DNA from: the human T2T-CHM13v2.0 reference genome, Homo sapiens
Reading direction: 5' to 3' (one strand)
Length of the DNA stretch: 64,000 bases
Assembly (NCBI RefSeq): GCF_009914755.1
Contig: NC_060943.1
Position numbers and translations under genes: made by a program. Numbering within the stretch: position 1 is the stretch's first letter; every line of letters starts with the position of its first letter. Under the pieces are notes generated by a model, which saw only the letters and a list, made by a program, of their open reading frames with translations, ran no database searches and had not been told where the DNA came from. Shown here piece by piece: positions 39,766-53,500 of this stretch.

Positions 39766-41628
39766 AGGCTGAGAGATCAGACCTTGCGGGGCACTTGGGG
39801 ACATCAGGTGGGACAGGCCCCAGGTGCACCCTCAGTGCACTGGGCAGGTCTCAGGATCCTGGCCTGGTAATGTGGTCACTCCCTCGAGGACTGCTTTTGG
39901 GGCCCAGTCACCCACCCTGGGCCATACACGTCCTTTCTCAGGACTGGACTTTCTCAGCTCCTGCAGAGGGCACTGCCTCTAGCCCAGGAGGGGCAGCCCT
40001 GTTGTGTAGCCCAAGCCCATGCTCTACAGGGCCCTAGTGGTCCCTGCCCCACCCACACACCCCTCTTCTCCCAGGTCCTGTCCCTTCACAGGCATCAGCC
40101 CACAGGGAGACCCTCTTCCTACCTTCCCTGTGTGTCTCCTGGGCTAAGACCAGGGGTGGGGTGGGGAGAGACACGGCTGGTCCTTCCCTAGGACTGCTAG
40201 GGAAGGAGGAGGACAGCTCCCGGCCCAGCACAGGCCCTCAGCTCTGTCTGGGTTGCCTTACAGTGAGACAAAGCTGCCATCGATCAGTGCCCTGGAGGCA
40301 AAGGTAAGACCTGCTGCCTGAGAGGCTGGTCCAGGGACAGGAGGACTTGGCAGGTGGTCAGCAGCCCGTGGGCACCAGCGATGGTGAGTGGGAGAGACAG
40401 GCTGTCCCTGGGAGGGGTGGCAGTTCCTGCTGGACCTGACCCCAAGACTCTGTCCCCATTGGTTGTTTGACCAAACTCCAAACTGAGAACCGCAGTCACG
40501 GCTCGGGGGTTGCTGTCTGCTTGCACCAGGACCCCACCTGGAGGCTAGTACTTGACCAAAGTCCAGTGTCTGTGGCCTGAGGATGGCATGTCCCAGGTCG
40601 TGAGGCCAGGTCACAGACGCCTGTTCAGTCAGAGGGTCTCAGTCCCCGGGGCCTGCCCTTTCCTGGTTCTTTTTGTGGTTCAGTCCCGTCAGGGCCTCGG
40701 AGCCCAGGATACAGCATCCAAAGGCTGCTTCAGGAAGCCTTGGTAGCTCCGCTAACTTCTGGTCATAGTTGACAGCAAAGACGTCAGGAGATGAGAGGCA
40801 CAGAGAAATGGCTCCAGATGCTTCAAGACGGGCAGGGATATAGGAGTGGCAAGGAGGTGACATGGGGAGGGAGGGCCCCCGTGACCGCTCTCTACAGAGT
40901 CAGGGGGATGGGCTCCCATGGCTGGGTCCTGGCACTGCCTGCCTCTCAGAGGGTGGGTGACACACTGTCCTCACCCTGGACAGCAGGTCTGGTCACCAGC
41001 TTTCCTGTTTGTCCCTGCAAACCTCAACTTGCTGGAGACAGTGTGATGCCAGGGCATGAGCCAGGACTATCTCAGGGATAGGGACACCCCCTGGCAAACC
41101 GAAGGAAGGAATAGGTCAAGATGAGAATTCATAACTCTGAATCGTGGGAGGGAGGCCTGGTCCTAGGTAAACTGCACATCCCCTGAAAAACCAACAAGTC
41201 AGAGACTGGAGACTTCCAGAATCCTCAGGCTCCGATCCTCCCTGGGGCTGCCCCAGACCCTGTTTCTTCAGAGTGTTCTGTCCCAAGTTGATAGACAGCG
41301 TGTATAAAGGCATTCTCCATAGATGTGGGGCCAAGTGTGGTCACACTTCCTGGATGTCGAGAAGGTGAAGGCCGAGAACTGGTGGAAATACGAGGTATGA
41401 CCCTTCCGAAGTCAGCCAGAGGAGGACAAACAGGCCAGGCTGTGTTGAGAGCCCAAGCCTCCAGCTGGAGGGAACGCAGAGCCTGGGTTGAAGGTGGAGG
41501 GGGCATGGTCAGGCGGACATCCTGGGCAGAGACGGTGATGCCAGCACCAAAGGTGAGCTGAGCTCCAGGACTAGTTGGATTGTAAGGAACCAAGCCAGAG
41601 GAGGAGCTTTCTGCAGAAGGAAACCAAC

Positions 41629-41965
41629 CTTCCTTCCTTCCTTCCTTCCTCCTGTCCTTTCCTTTCCTTTTTCCTTTCCTTTCCTTTTTCCTTTCCTTTC
41701 CTTTTTCCTTTCCCCTTTCCTTTCCTTTCCTTTCCTTTCCTTTCCTTTCCTTTCCTTTCCTTTCCTTTCCTTTCCTTTCCTTTTTCCTTTCCTTTCCTTT
41801 CCTTTCCTTTCCTTTCCTTTCCTTTCCTTTTTCCTTTCCTTTCCTTTCCTTTCCTTTCCTTTCCTTTCCTTTCCTTTCCTTTCCTTTCCTTTCCTTTCCT
41901 TTCCTTTCCTTTCCTTTCCTTTCCTTTCCTTTCCTTTCCTTTCCTTTCCTTCTTTCCTTCCTTCC
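41629..41965 (+). repeat. (TTTCC)n / (TTCC)n polypyrimidine microsatellite, about 335 bp
   Basis: Directly visible; the source of the KERKG and FPFLS pseudo-ORFs. Confidence 0.97.
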
Positions 41966-44900
41966 GGGCTGCCTGTGGACGACTGCCGTGTGGGGCAGCG
42001 AGTCTTCTCTCTGTTCAGAGGCTGCTTCCTCTTCCTGGCCCTGCCCTGGAGGTCATGAAGATGAAGGGAAAGAGGTCCCCCCTGGAACTTCCACCAGATC
42101 AACCTGGATGTCAGCCATACACTAAGAAACCACATGATGTTTTGGCCACAATGCAGTGTCAATTAAGGCTTGCAGGGCTGGAGAGCCCTGGGGAGATGGC
42201 GTGAACCAGAGGGATGGGAGCTTCACCAGAGCAGAGGCAGGGGTCACCCAGGAGGGGTGACAGAGCTACCAAAAGCTTTCCAGGCCCAGGGAGCAGCTAG
42301 CACAATAGACTGAGTGCCTTCCTGGTTGCAAGCCCTGGGCCTGGCTGGGATATGTGGGGCCGGAGCCCAGGTGGCTCCCGAGGAGACAGAGAGCAATGAA
42401 CAAAATCATGAGAAATGGTGGAAAGTTCAGTAACCTACGGGAGGGCGGCAGGATGAGGGGCTCGGGAGCCTTCCCAAGCCACACTGACGACACCAAATGC
42501 CGAGACGATGTGCGGTCCCGGGGACCTTTGTCCCTGCCAGGTGGGAATGCGACAGGGCACAGCCCCTTTGGGAACCCGTTGGGCGGCTCTGCACGAAACT
42601 CGGTGGACTCGTGCCACATGTCCCAGAAGATTCTCAGAGACTGATCCCACTGATTTGAAAACTGATGGCCATGTAAAACCTGCATGCCACGTCCACAGCT
42701 TGATTCACCGTCACTCACAGTTGAAGGCCACCAAGACAATCTTCAACCCGGGAATAGTAAAATCCACTTTCACCAAAACATTTCATAAAACTCAGTGGCC
42801 CTGAAGAGCTCACTGCTTATTCTGCGCATCATCTGGACCTGGAATTGGATTCCTTGTTGGAACACGATAGAGAGAACAAAACAGCATCCGTGTGAACCCA
42901 AACCCTCTTTTCTCTCTTTCCTAGGCTGCAGCATGTCTTTCTTGTCCTGGTGGCATATTGCACCTAATCCCATGAGTATTCCAAGGCAACAATATTCGCG
43001 GGTCACATTCCCATATTCATAGGCACGGGTGTCTTGGGTAGGGGGTGTCATTGCTTCTTTAAAATTCAGTATCTGACACCTACCAAGACGCAGCCGGTAG
43101 GACTCAAGCTCGCTGTTGGCTTGAACATTCAAGCGAGGCAGGGAGGGAGGGTCTCAGAGGGGTCATGCTGAGATGGAGAGGGCTCAGGCACAGACTCCTG
43201 GTCTGACCTGAGCCTGACCCCCAATCTCAGAACAAGAAATGACACCCTCCTCCTGGGCTTGCCCCAAGGTCCAGGAGCTGGTCAGTGTCCCAAAGTGGTC
43301 CTCCCAGGAGGCATTTTTGACAAGTTGCCAAAGTACCCGATGGACGTCGCTCTTGTCACGAAATGAGTGTGGATCCCGCGGAAGCTGTTCCTTCATTGGA
43401 AAACTGGCAGGGATCCAATGTCCCCTCCGCCCGAACCCCACTGGAGCGCAGCAGACAGGGAGGGGGTTCCTGAAGTGCCTGCTCCCACTGTGCCCCCAGT
43501 TTCCAGATCACTCCTGGAGGGACAGCCACTGAGCTGGCTCCATGGGCTGCACACACAGGGTCTGGACCCAGCCTCCCTCTCATACCTGGCAGGCAGCCCC
43601 TGGGTCTTCCCAGGACCCTGTATGCGGTGGGCCCCCAGCCCGCCCTGTTGGCCAGCCTAGCTCACAGATGCTGTCCCAAGCCTGGCACGGTGGCCTCCCT
43701 GGCCTGGCATCTGAGGGGGAGGGACATCCACGGTCCTCTCCTATGTCCTCTCGGGCCATGTGGGCTTGGACACTCGCTACAGGAATCTCTCTGGACTCCT
43801 TGTCAACTGAGACGTGCGTGACTTGCTCAGTCCTGACACCCAGTGTCAGGAGAGGGGTGAACAGGCTGCACCCCAAATCCCACAGGGCCTGTGGCAGGCC
43901 TCCTCAATGACATCAGTCCTCTCAGGTGACCTCAGCCCTCCCAGGTGACATCCTTCCATGGTGACTCTGACTCTTGCAGGAGCTGGGCTACTGCAGGGCC
44001 ATGAGCTGCATTGCTGCCACTCTCCTCTATCTGCCCAGAAAAGATACCTTCTGAGTGGTGGCCCAGCTGCTGGCTGGTGAGAGGCACTCCTTGCAGGGTA
44101 GGTGGACAGCTGCCCATGGGGACTCACACAGCCAGGCCTGGGGATGGTCACCCTGGCTAGGTGATCTCAGCTTCCAGGCAAGGAGCCTTCCTTGTGTCCC
44201 CAGCTCGTTTGGAGCCTCTAGGATGTTGCCTGCTGTGGGTCATGCAGGAGCCTGGGACTGGATAGGGACCCCCACACCCTGAGTTAGATGCCTCTCATCC
44301 CCATCAGCAGAGGGCATCACAGCCTCCCTGTGGCTACCTTCTGTATCCCGGAGGCTTGGTCCTCCAACCCCGACTTTGCGCAGGCAACGCTCACCTCCCT
44401 GAGGGTCCTCCTGCCTCCTGGTGGCTGACTGTGCTCCTAGCCGTCCTCGTCACCCTCAGACAGGCAGATGAAACCCAGACAGTAATGCTTCCTCATCGCA
44501 TGTCCCCTAGCCTGACCCTATGAATGTCCAGAAGACAGTAATGCACCCCCAGCACCCACCCCGCTCACCCTGCTGGCCCCTGCCTGCCACGTTCCTCCCT
44601 CTTGGCCTCCACGGCAGGCCTCTCCTCCTAATACCTCAGCTCAGGGCCCCCACTGGGCAGCTCCTCCCGCCAGGATCCCGGGGACATTCCTGCCCCTCCT
44701 CCCCTGGGCCAAGGCTGCATGCTGGAGGGGCCAGATGGGAGGGTGGGAGACCTGGGGGTCTGAGGACCCCTGCCAGTGCCAGCTCTTCCAGCTGACGGCT
44801 CCACGTCTTGGGAGCAGGCTTTGATTTTGTGATAGGTTGTGGGCTCTCAGGATTCTGCAGTTCAAATTGTGCCAGGCTCCAGAGACTCTAAGCCCACCCG

Positions 44901-47900
44901 GGACACGTGTTATGGACATCATCCCCGAAGCTTATGAGGACTTGGTGAGGAGACGGTCCCCTTGGCTCTTCCCCAGAGGCTTGGGGATCAGGGGTAGAGG
45001 GAGGTTCTGGCTCCTCCTCATAGGGGGTGAGAGGTTGAGTCCCAGCAGGGGCCAGACCTGGGATGTGGGGTTCTCCATGGGATTGTAGTTGGGTTTCCTT
45101 TTTCTGCTCTGGAGCAGGCAGAGGCTCTGGGACGGGGACTGGGCTCTGGCTGAGCTGGGCTAAGGGAAGTGTGTCCCCCGAAGGTCCATGCGGGGGGCAG
45201 GTGTGGCGGGGTGCCCTGGGGACCGCCCAGTGTTCTGTCCCTCAGGGAAGGGCTGCAGAGGGGCCTGAAATAGGGATGTTTTGGGGGCAGCCCAAGGGGC
45301 CCTGAGCACCTCTGCTCCTCCCATCAGGACAAGGATGAGCTGCATGCCCAGAATTCCACGTTTACACTGGCTCCTCTGGTGCTTTAAATGGGGGTAATGA
45401 GGCACTGGAAGCTCCCAGTCCAGGGACCCTCCTGCCCCGCACTGCTTGGCTCCCCCAGCCCAGGGGTCCGGCTTCCCCAGGAGGACCTGGCTCACCCCCA
45501 CCCAGCAGGAGGCACAGGCGGGTCCCCACAGGGCACACAAGCCAGGCAACACCTGAGAGGGGGCATCCCACAGCAGAGGCCAGGGCAGAACGGGCCAGGT
45601 CTCCACTTGGAAGAGCCCGGGGAAGTCCAAGGCCCTGGGGAGCCCCTCCCTCCAGGAGCTACATCCCTGCTGAGATGAGTCCCCTCCATGAGGAGCTGCA
45701 AGACCTCTTCTGACCCAGCCTCATGGTGGCAGCTCATCCCATGGGGACGGGTCCCTGGCACTCCAGGGGACTGAAACCACAGTGGGCCCTGCTTGGGCCA
45801 CCAGCTCCCAGCCTGGAAGGGCCAGGTCCTCTCACACCTGCTGTCCCCACAGATCCCCTTCGGGTTCAGCCTGAAGATGAAGCATGCAATAATGGCAATG
45901 GCGCCCACGGCCTTCGAGGTTCACAGAAGCAAGTCCCCCTGTGTCTGAGGTTTCCTGGGGAACTCATGGGACACAGCCTGGCTGGCCTGAGGCCTCTGTC
46001 CCCATGACCTTCTGCTCTCATCAGAAGGGATGGCCAGGGATGGCCAGGCCTGGCCTGTAGGGCTGGGCAGGGCATAGTGGGTTCTCCCAGACCCTGAGCC
46101 CACCCTTGAAATGAGTGATCCATGTGAAAGGTGGGAGTGTGGTGGGAACCTCCCTGCCCGGGCCTCCCCCGGCCATGGCCTCCTGTGCACAGCTGGACCC
46201 CAGGGTTGGCCACAGAAGGACCCAGTGCTGCTCAGTGGGAGGTGGCAGTGTTGGAAACGGGGTGTGGGCACCAACCCCTTCCAGGAACCCCTCCCGGCCT
46301 GATGCCCTTCCTGTCCCTTGAGCGACCATGAACCTGTCCCAGTCCACCCTGTGGGAGGGAGTTCTTTCAGGACCGGTGCTCCCAGGCCTGGGCCCTGGAG
46401 GATGCCACAGTGCTCAGGCACTTTGAGGCCTTTGTGGGGGAACTGATGAGCCAGTGCTGGGATCTGCCACCCCCTCGTGGGCTCCAGCACCAGGTCCCCT
46501 CTCCTAAGTCATCCTCTGGAGCATTCGATAGTGGAGAGGGCCCCGGCCCCACCAGCCCTACTACCTGGCCCTTCCTCCTGCACCTCTTTTTCTGTCTTTT
46601 CCTCCTCTACACTAAGCAGCTTCTGGGCAGGTGCTGAGCGCATATGTACTGGACATGCTGCTCAGACAGGCAGGGACTGGAGAAAGAACCCTCAACGCCC
46701 CCTATGCTTTTTACATCCTCTCTCCTCTGTGCGAGCTCCCTAACCACCATCCCAACATCGACAGATGCTGAGAGGAGCAGGGGCCGCTCACTCCAGAATC
46801 CCCCTCCAAGGACGTCAGGGCAATAAGCCTTGAGCCAGGGGAAAAAGAGAATCAGTGTCACTGACCCAGAGGACTTGGGGAGAGGACACGGATAGGAGCC
46901 CTGGCCAGAGCCAGATCCAAGAGTTCAGCCAGGTGCAGGTGTGGGAATGGTCCCGTCCAGGCATGGAGTGGACGGTCCTGGAGGGCAAAGGGGGCCCCGT
47001 GCCTGGGACCATCTCACCCACTGTGGAGATAGTGTCTTGTGTGAGGTGGCAAGGGGGCTAGGTGACAGCCAAGGCCTCTCCCACCTGGTTCTGAATTAGG
47101 GCTGCTACCCAGGCCACACAGCCCTGGGATGAGGAGGTGAAGGAGGAAGTCTGGAGCCAGCCTGAATCCTAAGCCACAGCCCCAGGAGTGACGTGAGGTG
47201 CCCCAACAGCTCCCCGTGCCCTGAGGGATCCACACACCTCTTGCTCTGTGATCAGCAGCCTGCAGGGGTGTCCTCAGAGTCAGACTCAAGAAGCCACACA
47301 GGGATGCTGAGGACACCAGAGACCCAGGTCTGTGGGGCCCAGCCTTGTGAGGACTTAATGGACTTGGAGGAGAAGCTGACCGCTCGCATCTGCTATTTTT
47401 TCAGCCAAACCCAATCGAGGGTCCTTGGCACCCAGGCCTCTGTGAGCATACCCTGGCATTGAGCCCCTCTGCAAGGGAGATGGGCTGGCCCGCCCCTGCC
47501 TACCAGCTTAGCTCCAGGGGTCCATGCAGCCAGCCCCCTACCCCGGAATGCAACCCTGGTCCTCTCCCACCCTGACCTGGCTGGCAGTCTCCAAGACTGA
47601 GGCCCAGGGGCACGAAGGAGCTTCCAGAAAGCTCAGGGCAGCAGGTTGCTCTCTGGGGATCCTGAGGGTTCAGAATGGACCCATGCATTTTCTGAACTCC
47701 CTCCCGAAGCTGCCCAGAGACTTGGCTGTCAGAGGCCCGTGGTTCCCATTGTGCAATTTTGAACAGGGATGCTGTGCTCCGTCCCTTCCACATCCACCCT
47801 ACACAGCCCCAGGACCATCAGTGGGGCCCAGCCCTGCAACCCCATCTTGGCCACAACACCAGGCCCTGCTGGGCCCCGTGAGAACTGAGAGGCAGGTCCA

Positions 47901-48229
47901 GAGATAAGTCCCTTGCATGGGGGCACTTGCATCGGACCCCTCTTGGTGGGCAATGACTAGCATGGCATGGAAGGAGCCAGGGCAGCTCCCAGCCAGTTGC
48001 TCTGCAGCCCCAGATGGCTCCTGGGCCTTACGAAGTCCCTCTCAACAGGGAAGCTGGTCCCTTTCAGGCTGCCAGAGGGAGGGGTGAACGTGGTGTCCTC
48101 CCAGCCCTGGCCAGCCAGGAGCATGCCCTGTGGCCTCTGATTTGACTTGTTGGACAGAGTCCCCTCCCAGGGCACAAGTCCTAGGTCCAGAGGGGCCCGG
48201 CCTCAACCCCAGCCCTGCTTGGTAGGGGA

Positions 48230-50430
48230 GGGCACCGGGGTGCCATGGGCCTTTAGCTGCAGCACGGATGGCCACGCAGGGGACATGGCACACCTCACCC
48301 GGTTGTTGTACCATTTCAGGTCAGAGAACCCCGGCAAGAACTTGCTGCAGGAACACGAGGTGCTGAGCCTGTGCGGGAGCAGGACATCAAGGGCTGCTCA
48401 AGAGCGTCCATGGCTACAGTGACTGTGGCCTCTTCCCAGCCTCATCTGTGCCGTGCAGGTGATCTATGACTCCAAGCTGGGACTGGCAGGTGATGGTGGC
48501 CCCAGCATCTCAGCCACGCTGCCAACATGCTGTCAGGAGGCTTCGAGGCCATGCCCGGTATGCTGCCCACCTCCTTGAGACCCCTTCCTGGCACTTTCCA
48601 GCCGGTGCTACAGCCGCAGCACGTGCCACCACTGAATACCTTTCAGCAGCCGGTGCAGGCTTCAGACGGCAGGCGTGCCCGACAGCCGTGGCCTCAGCAG
48701 CTCTTTCGTGGCAACCAGGACAGTCAGGGCAGTGATGAAGTGATGATGCCTAGGACGACAAGTGGGATGGCAGCTCCGTGATGGTGGATGAGCCTAGTGG
48801 CGGTTCACACCTGGTCCTCAGTGGCTCCCTGAGCCCCCGTGGTGGCAACAGCTTGGCCACCATGAGGCGCAGTCTCAACCGCTTCCCCACCTGTCAAGTC
48901 AGGCAGGGAGGCCTTGTGCTTGGCGAGGCGTTGGGCTCTGTGAAGGACGGGGACAAGCTGTGCGTGGCTCTGTGGCTCTATGGCCTCAAGTGGCAGGAGA
49001 ACCCCTACTCCTTCCAGTGCACTACCAGCGACACCGCTCAGTAGAACAAGTTCAAGGGCATGAATAGCGTCCTCTCCTGCAAGCTGGTGACCACGCACAG
49101 GCAGGTCCCAGTGCACGGCGCAACAAGCACTTGGACTGGCTGGATGCGTGTCTGGTGACATTCCTGGCTATGTCTGTGCCCCACCTACCTGAGAAGTGGG
49201 CCACGAGCTGCTTCCAGGAGGACTTCATCTCCAAGCACAGGTAGAGCACGATCTGCGGGATGAGCTACACGGCCGGCCGCCCAGTGCTGGCGCAGTGCCA
49301 CGTCCTCCAGCACTTCCTGATGTGCCTCAGCAGCACCGAGAGAAGGCCTGGAAACAAGGCAAGAGGAAGGCCTTCTGTATGGCACAGCACCTCTTGAGGA
49401 AAGAAAATAAGGAAACTGCCTCCGATCCAAGCAGAGCAGGTCAGCGAGAAGGTGGGCATCACTTGGGGGAGTGGATGTGGGTATCGAAGACGAACACTGG
49501 ATACGTGGCCTGGTCATGGGAGGTGGGTGGTGCGAGAAAGGTGACATGGTGGGTGCCAGCTCGTTCCTGACCCTGAGCACTGCACCACCACTGCCCTCGA
49601 CCTGCAGGAGGTGGAGAGCATGATTGACAGCTTCATATGCTTTCTCAAGAAGGTGGATGACGGCGCTGCTGCTCAGCCACAGGGCATGGAGTTCACGGCA
49701 AGCAGGTGAGGGGCTTTGAGAAGGAGCATCGGCAGGGGGCCAGCCCTCCCGCGGCCTCAGCCAGGCTTTGGAGTGGGCCCAGCAGGCCTTCTGGGTGGGC
49801 CTGAACCAGCCCATCAACCTTCACCGGAGGTGCCTACAATACCATCGTCAAGCTCTTCCCAGATTGGCCCAGACAGGACCTGGATTCTGTCTCGGACCTG
49901 TTACTGCTGTCCAAGCAGCAACGCATCAAATTCCCAGACATCCTCCACGTTCACAGAGGAGCTCTTACCAAAGTCACGGGGAGCAGGAGACTCGTGGGAG
50001 GAGGAATGATGGAGGTGCGGGGGCTGATGGCGTTCAGGAGCGTGGGACACGAGTTCTTTGGCCACTTTGGCTGAAATTCACCATCTCCATCCAATTCGAG
50101 GGAGAGATTTGAGATCATAGATGCAGCACTTTTTACCAGAGCGATACATATTTTTCCAAAAATCGATGTAGAATTTGAAAGCAGCTCTTTATAAAGATGA
50201 GAGTGTTGAGTGACTGGATGTTGGATTGGGGACTTTTTCCAGTTCAAGGATAATTTCCACAGCAGAATAAAAACTGCTATCAAAGAGCCATGGCCAACTA
50301 TTTGTGGTAGTACAAGGATGGTTTTGTGCTCAACTGAGGCCAGTTTAGAATAGAGAATTATGTGGGAAATAAACAGAGAACATGGCGATGGAACCACGTG
50401 TTGTAACTTCGTAGGCATCCATACTATGGA
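48230..50430 (+). pseudogene. Processed SNX18 pseudogene (CDS remnant 48285-50213 plus UTR remnants)
   Basis: MAHLTRLLYHFRSENPG..EHEVLSLC (SH3), [50 protein letters not shown]|ALTKV (contiguous across the recalled SNX18 exon junction), ending ..ALYKDESV. Many frameshifts and stops. Confidence 0.92.
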
Positions 50431-50579
50431 AGTTCCTTCCTTCTCTCCTTCCTGCTGTCTGTGCCTCCTCCCAGCATCGGGCATCTCCACGTCCTGGGCC
50501 TGTGCCGGGAGAGATATAAAGGACACCATTGGCTATAGGCTGGAGGACTGGCACGGTCAGGGGAGCCCGTGAAGTCAGA

Positions 50580-53500
50580 GTGGCCCCTGAGGACCAGTCC
50601 TGGGATGACTGGGTCCAACTGACCAGGCCCCTGCTGACCAGGGCCCCATGCACTGGGCCTCTGCCATGACCTGGCCCTCACTGAATGGGCCCTGATGACC
50701 AGGACCCCACTGAAAAGTCCCCCCCTGATGAGGCCCCACTGACCAGGCCTTACTGACTGGGCTCCCCGTGACTAGGCCCCGGCTGACTAGGCAGCTGCTC
50801 CACCCCCCAGCCAAGCCAGGCCCCCACTGATTGGGTCCAATCATCAGTCAGCCAGTGGCCAGAGCTGCACCGACCAGGTCCCCGCTGATGAGTTACTTAC
50901 TAACCAAGCTCCTGGAAACCAGGTTCGCACTGACCAGGCACAAGACCCCACTGACTAGGTCTTCATGACAAGGCCCTCGCTGCCCGGACTCCACTAACTA
51001 GGCCTCATGAATGAGACTTTGACTGGTAATGTCTTTGCTGGTTATGCCTCCACTGTCCAGGCTTCCAGTCATCATGTCCCCTTGGGCCACGTCCCTCCTG
51101 ACTGAACAGTCCCCCAGTGTCTATTCCCCACACTGACTAGGCCCTCACATCCAAGTCCCACTGACCAGATATTCTGGCCAGGTTTTCACCGACTAGGTCC
51201 CACTGCCAGACTCTAAGAACTAGGCCCTACTGGCCAGGCACCCTCTGACCAGGTTTCTGCTGACAAGAACCTGCTGAAAGGTGTTCGCTGAGTAGGTCAG
51301 TCCTAACCAGATCATCCATGATCAGGTCCCCACTGATCATGTTTCCACTGACCAGGCCCAAAAGGACTAGGCCCCAGTGACCAGGCCCATCACTGAGCAG
51401 GCGCTGCTGACATAGAACAGGCCCCCACTGTCAGGCCCCCACTGACTAGGCCACAATGACTATGTCTCAGCTGACCAGGCCCTGATGATTAGGTTTAATG
51501 GACAAAACCCTCGTTGACCAGGTCCCACTGGCCAGGTCCCCACTGACCAGGTCCCCATAGATGAGACTCTGAGTTACCAGGACCCCACTGACCAGACATC
51601 TACAGACTAGGCCCCAATAACCAAGACCCACTGACCAGGCCCTCACTCACTGGGCTCCAACTGATGAGATTCTGACTGACCAGGTCCTTAGTGACCAGAC
51701 TAGGTCACTTATTGACTAGGCCCCACTACCCAGGACCCCAATTACCAAGCCCCCACTAACCAGGTCCCAAGTCACCAGACCCCCACTAACTGTCCCAACT
51801 GACAAGGCCCCCACTGCCGAGGCTTCCACTGACCAGGTCCACACTGACCAGGCCTCGAGAGATGAGGCCCGACTTACCAAGAACCCACTGACCAGAGAGA
51901 CCTCCACTGACTGGGCCCAACTGACAAGGGCCCCACCGACAGGGACCAACTAACAGGGTTCCAACTGACCATGTTTTTACTGACCAGACTTTACTGACCA
52001 GGCCCCACAGCTCAGTATCCAGTGACCAGACCCTCACTGACTAGGTCTCACTGTAAGGCCTCAAGTGACCAGGCCTCACTATCCAGGACACACTCATGAG
52101 GCTTCTACTGCCAGGCCCCCACTGATTGGGCCCAACTGAGGAGGCCCTCACTGACCAGGTCCTTAACTGATGAGATTCCAACTGACCAGGTCCTTAGTGA
52201 CCAGACCTTTACTGACCAGCCCCTACTAACCAGGACCCCACTGAACAGGTCCTCACTGACAAGATCCCAGTTGATCATGTCCCCAGTGTCCAGGTTTCAC
52301 TGACTAGGCCCCACCAACCTGGTCCCCTGACAAGCCTCCAACTGACCAGGTCTCCACTGACTGGGACCCAACTTACGAGGCCCATTAGCCAGGCCTCACT
52401 GACCAGGACTCCACTGACTGGGCCCCATCTGATGAGGTTCTGATTGACCAGGTCCTTAATGACCAGGCCTTTACTGACCAGGCCCCACTACCCATGAGCC
52501 CAGTGACCAGACCCTCACTGACCAGGTTCCACGGCCAGGCCTCCAGTGACCAGGCCTCACTATCCAGAACCCACGGATGAGGCTTTTGCTGCCAGGCTGA
52601 CTGCGCCCAACTGACAAGATTCCAACTGACCACTTCCTTCACTGATGAGGTCCCAACTGACCATGTCCTTAACTGACAAGGTTCCACCTGCCCAGGTCCC
52701 AACTGACCAGGTCCTTAACTGATGAAGTTCTGACTGGCCAGGTCTTTAATAACCAGACCTTTACTGACCCATTAACCGGGACCCCAATGACCCAGAACTT
52801 TACTGACCAGGCCCCACTAGCCAGGACCCCAATGATCAGGCCCCACTGACCAGGCCTCAACTGATGAGGCCTCAACTTACCAGGACCCCAGACCACCACT
52901 GACTAGACCCCACTAGCCAGGACCCCCTGATGAGGCCTCCACTTCTAGGCCGCCACTGACTGGGCTATACTGACAAAACCCCCAATCAGACCTCCAGTGA
53001 CCAGTCCTCACTGTCCAGGACCCACGGATGAGGCTTCCACTGCCAGGCCTCCACTGACTGGGCCCAACTGACAAGGCCCCCTCTGTCAACGTCTCCACTG
53101 ACTGGGCCTTAAATGACGAGGTTCTGACTGACCAGGTCCTTACTGAACAGACCTTTACTGACCAGGCCCCACTAATGAGGACTCCAAAGACCAGGCCCCC
53201 ACAGACAAGACCACAGTTGATTATGCTCCCGGTGGCCACGTTTCGCTGACTAGGCCCCACTGACAAGTCCCTCACTCCCTAGGTCCCCATTGACCAGGCC
53301 CCAAATGATGAGGCCTCAGCTTACTAGGACCCCACTGACCAGACCTCCACTGAGTAGGCCCCACTAGCCAGGCCCCACTGATAGGCCCCCCAATTCCAGA
53401 CCCCACTGACCAGGTCCCTCCACTGACTGATGAGGTTCCCACTGACCAGGTCCTTAATGATCAGACCTTTACTGGCTAGGCCCCACTACCCAGGACCCCA

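Noticed and set aside
41509-42204. 217-aa KERKG and 209-aa FPFLS ORFs
   Set aside because: Translation of the (TTTCC)n microsatellite.
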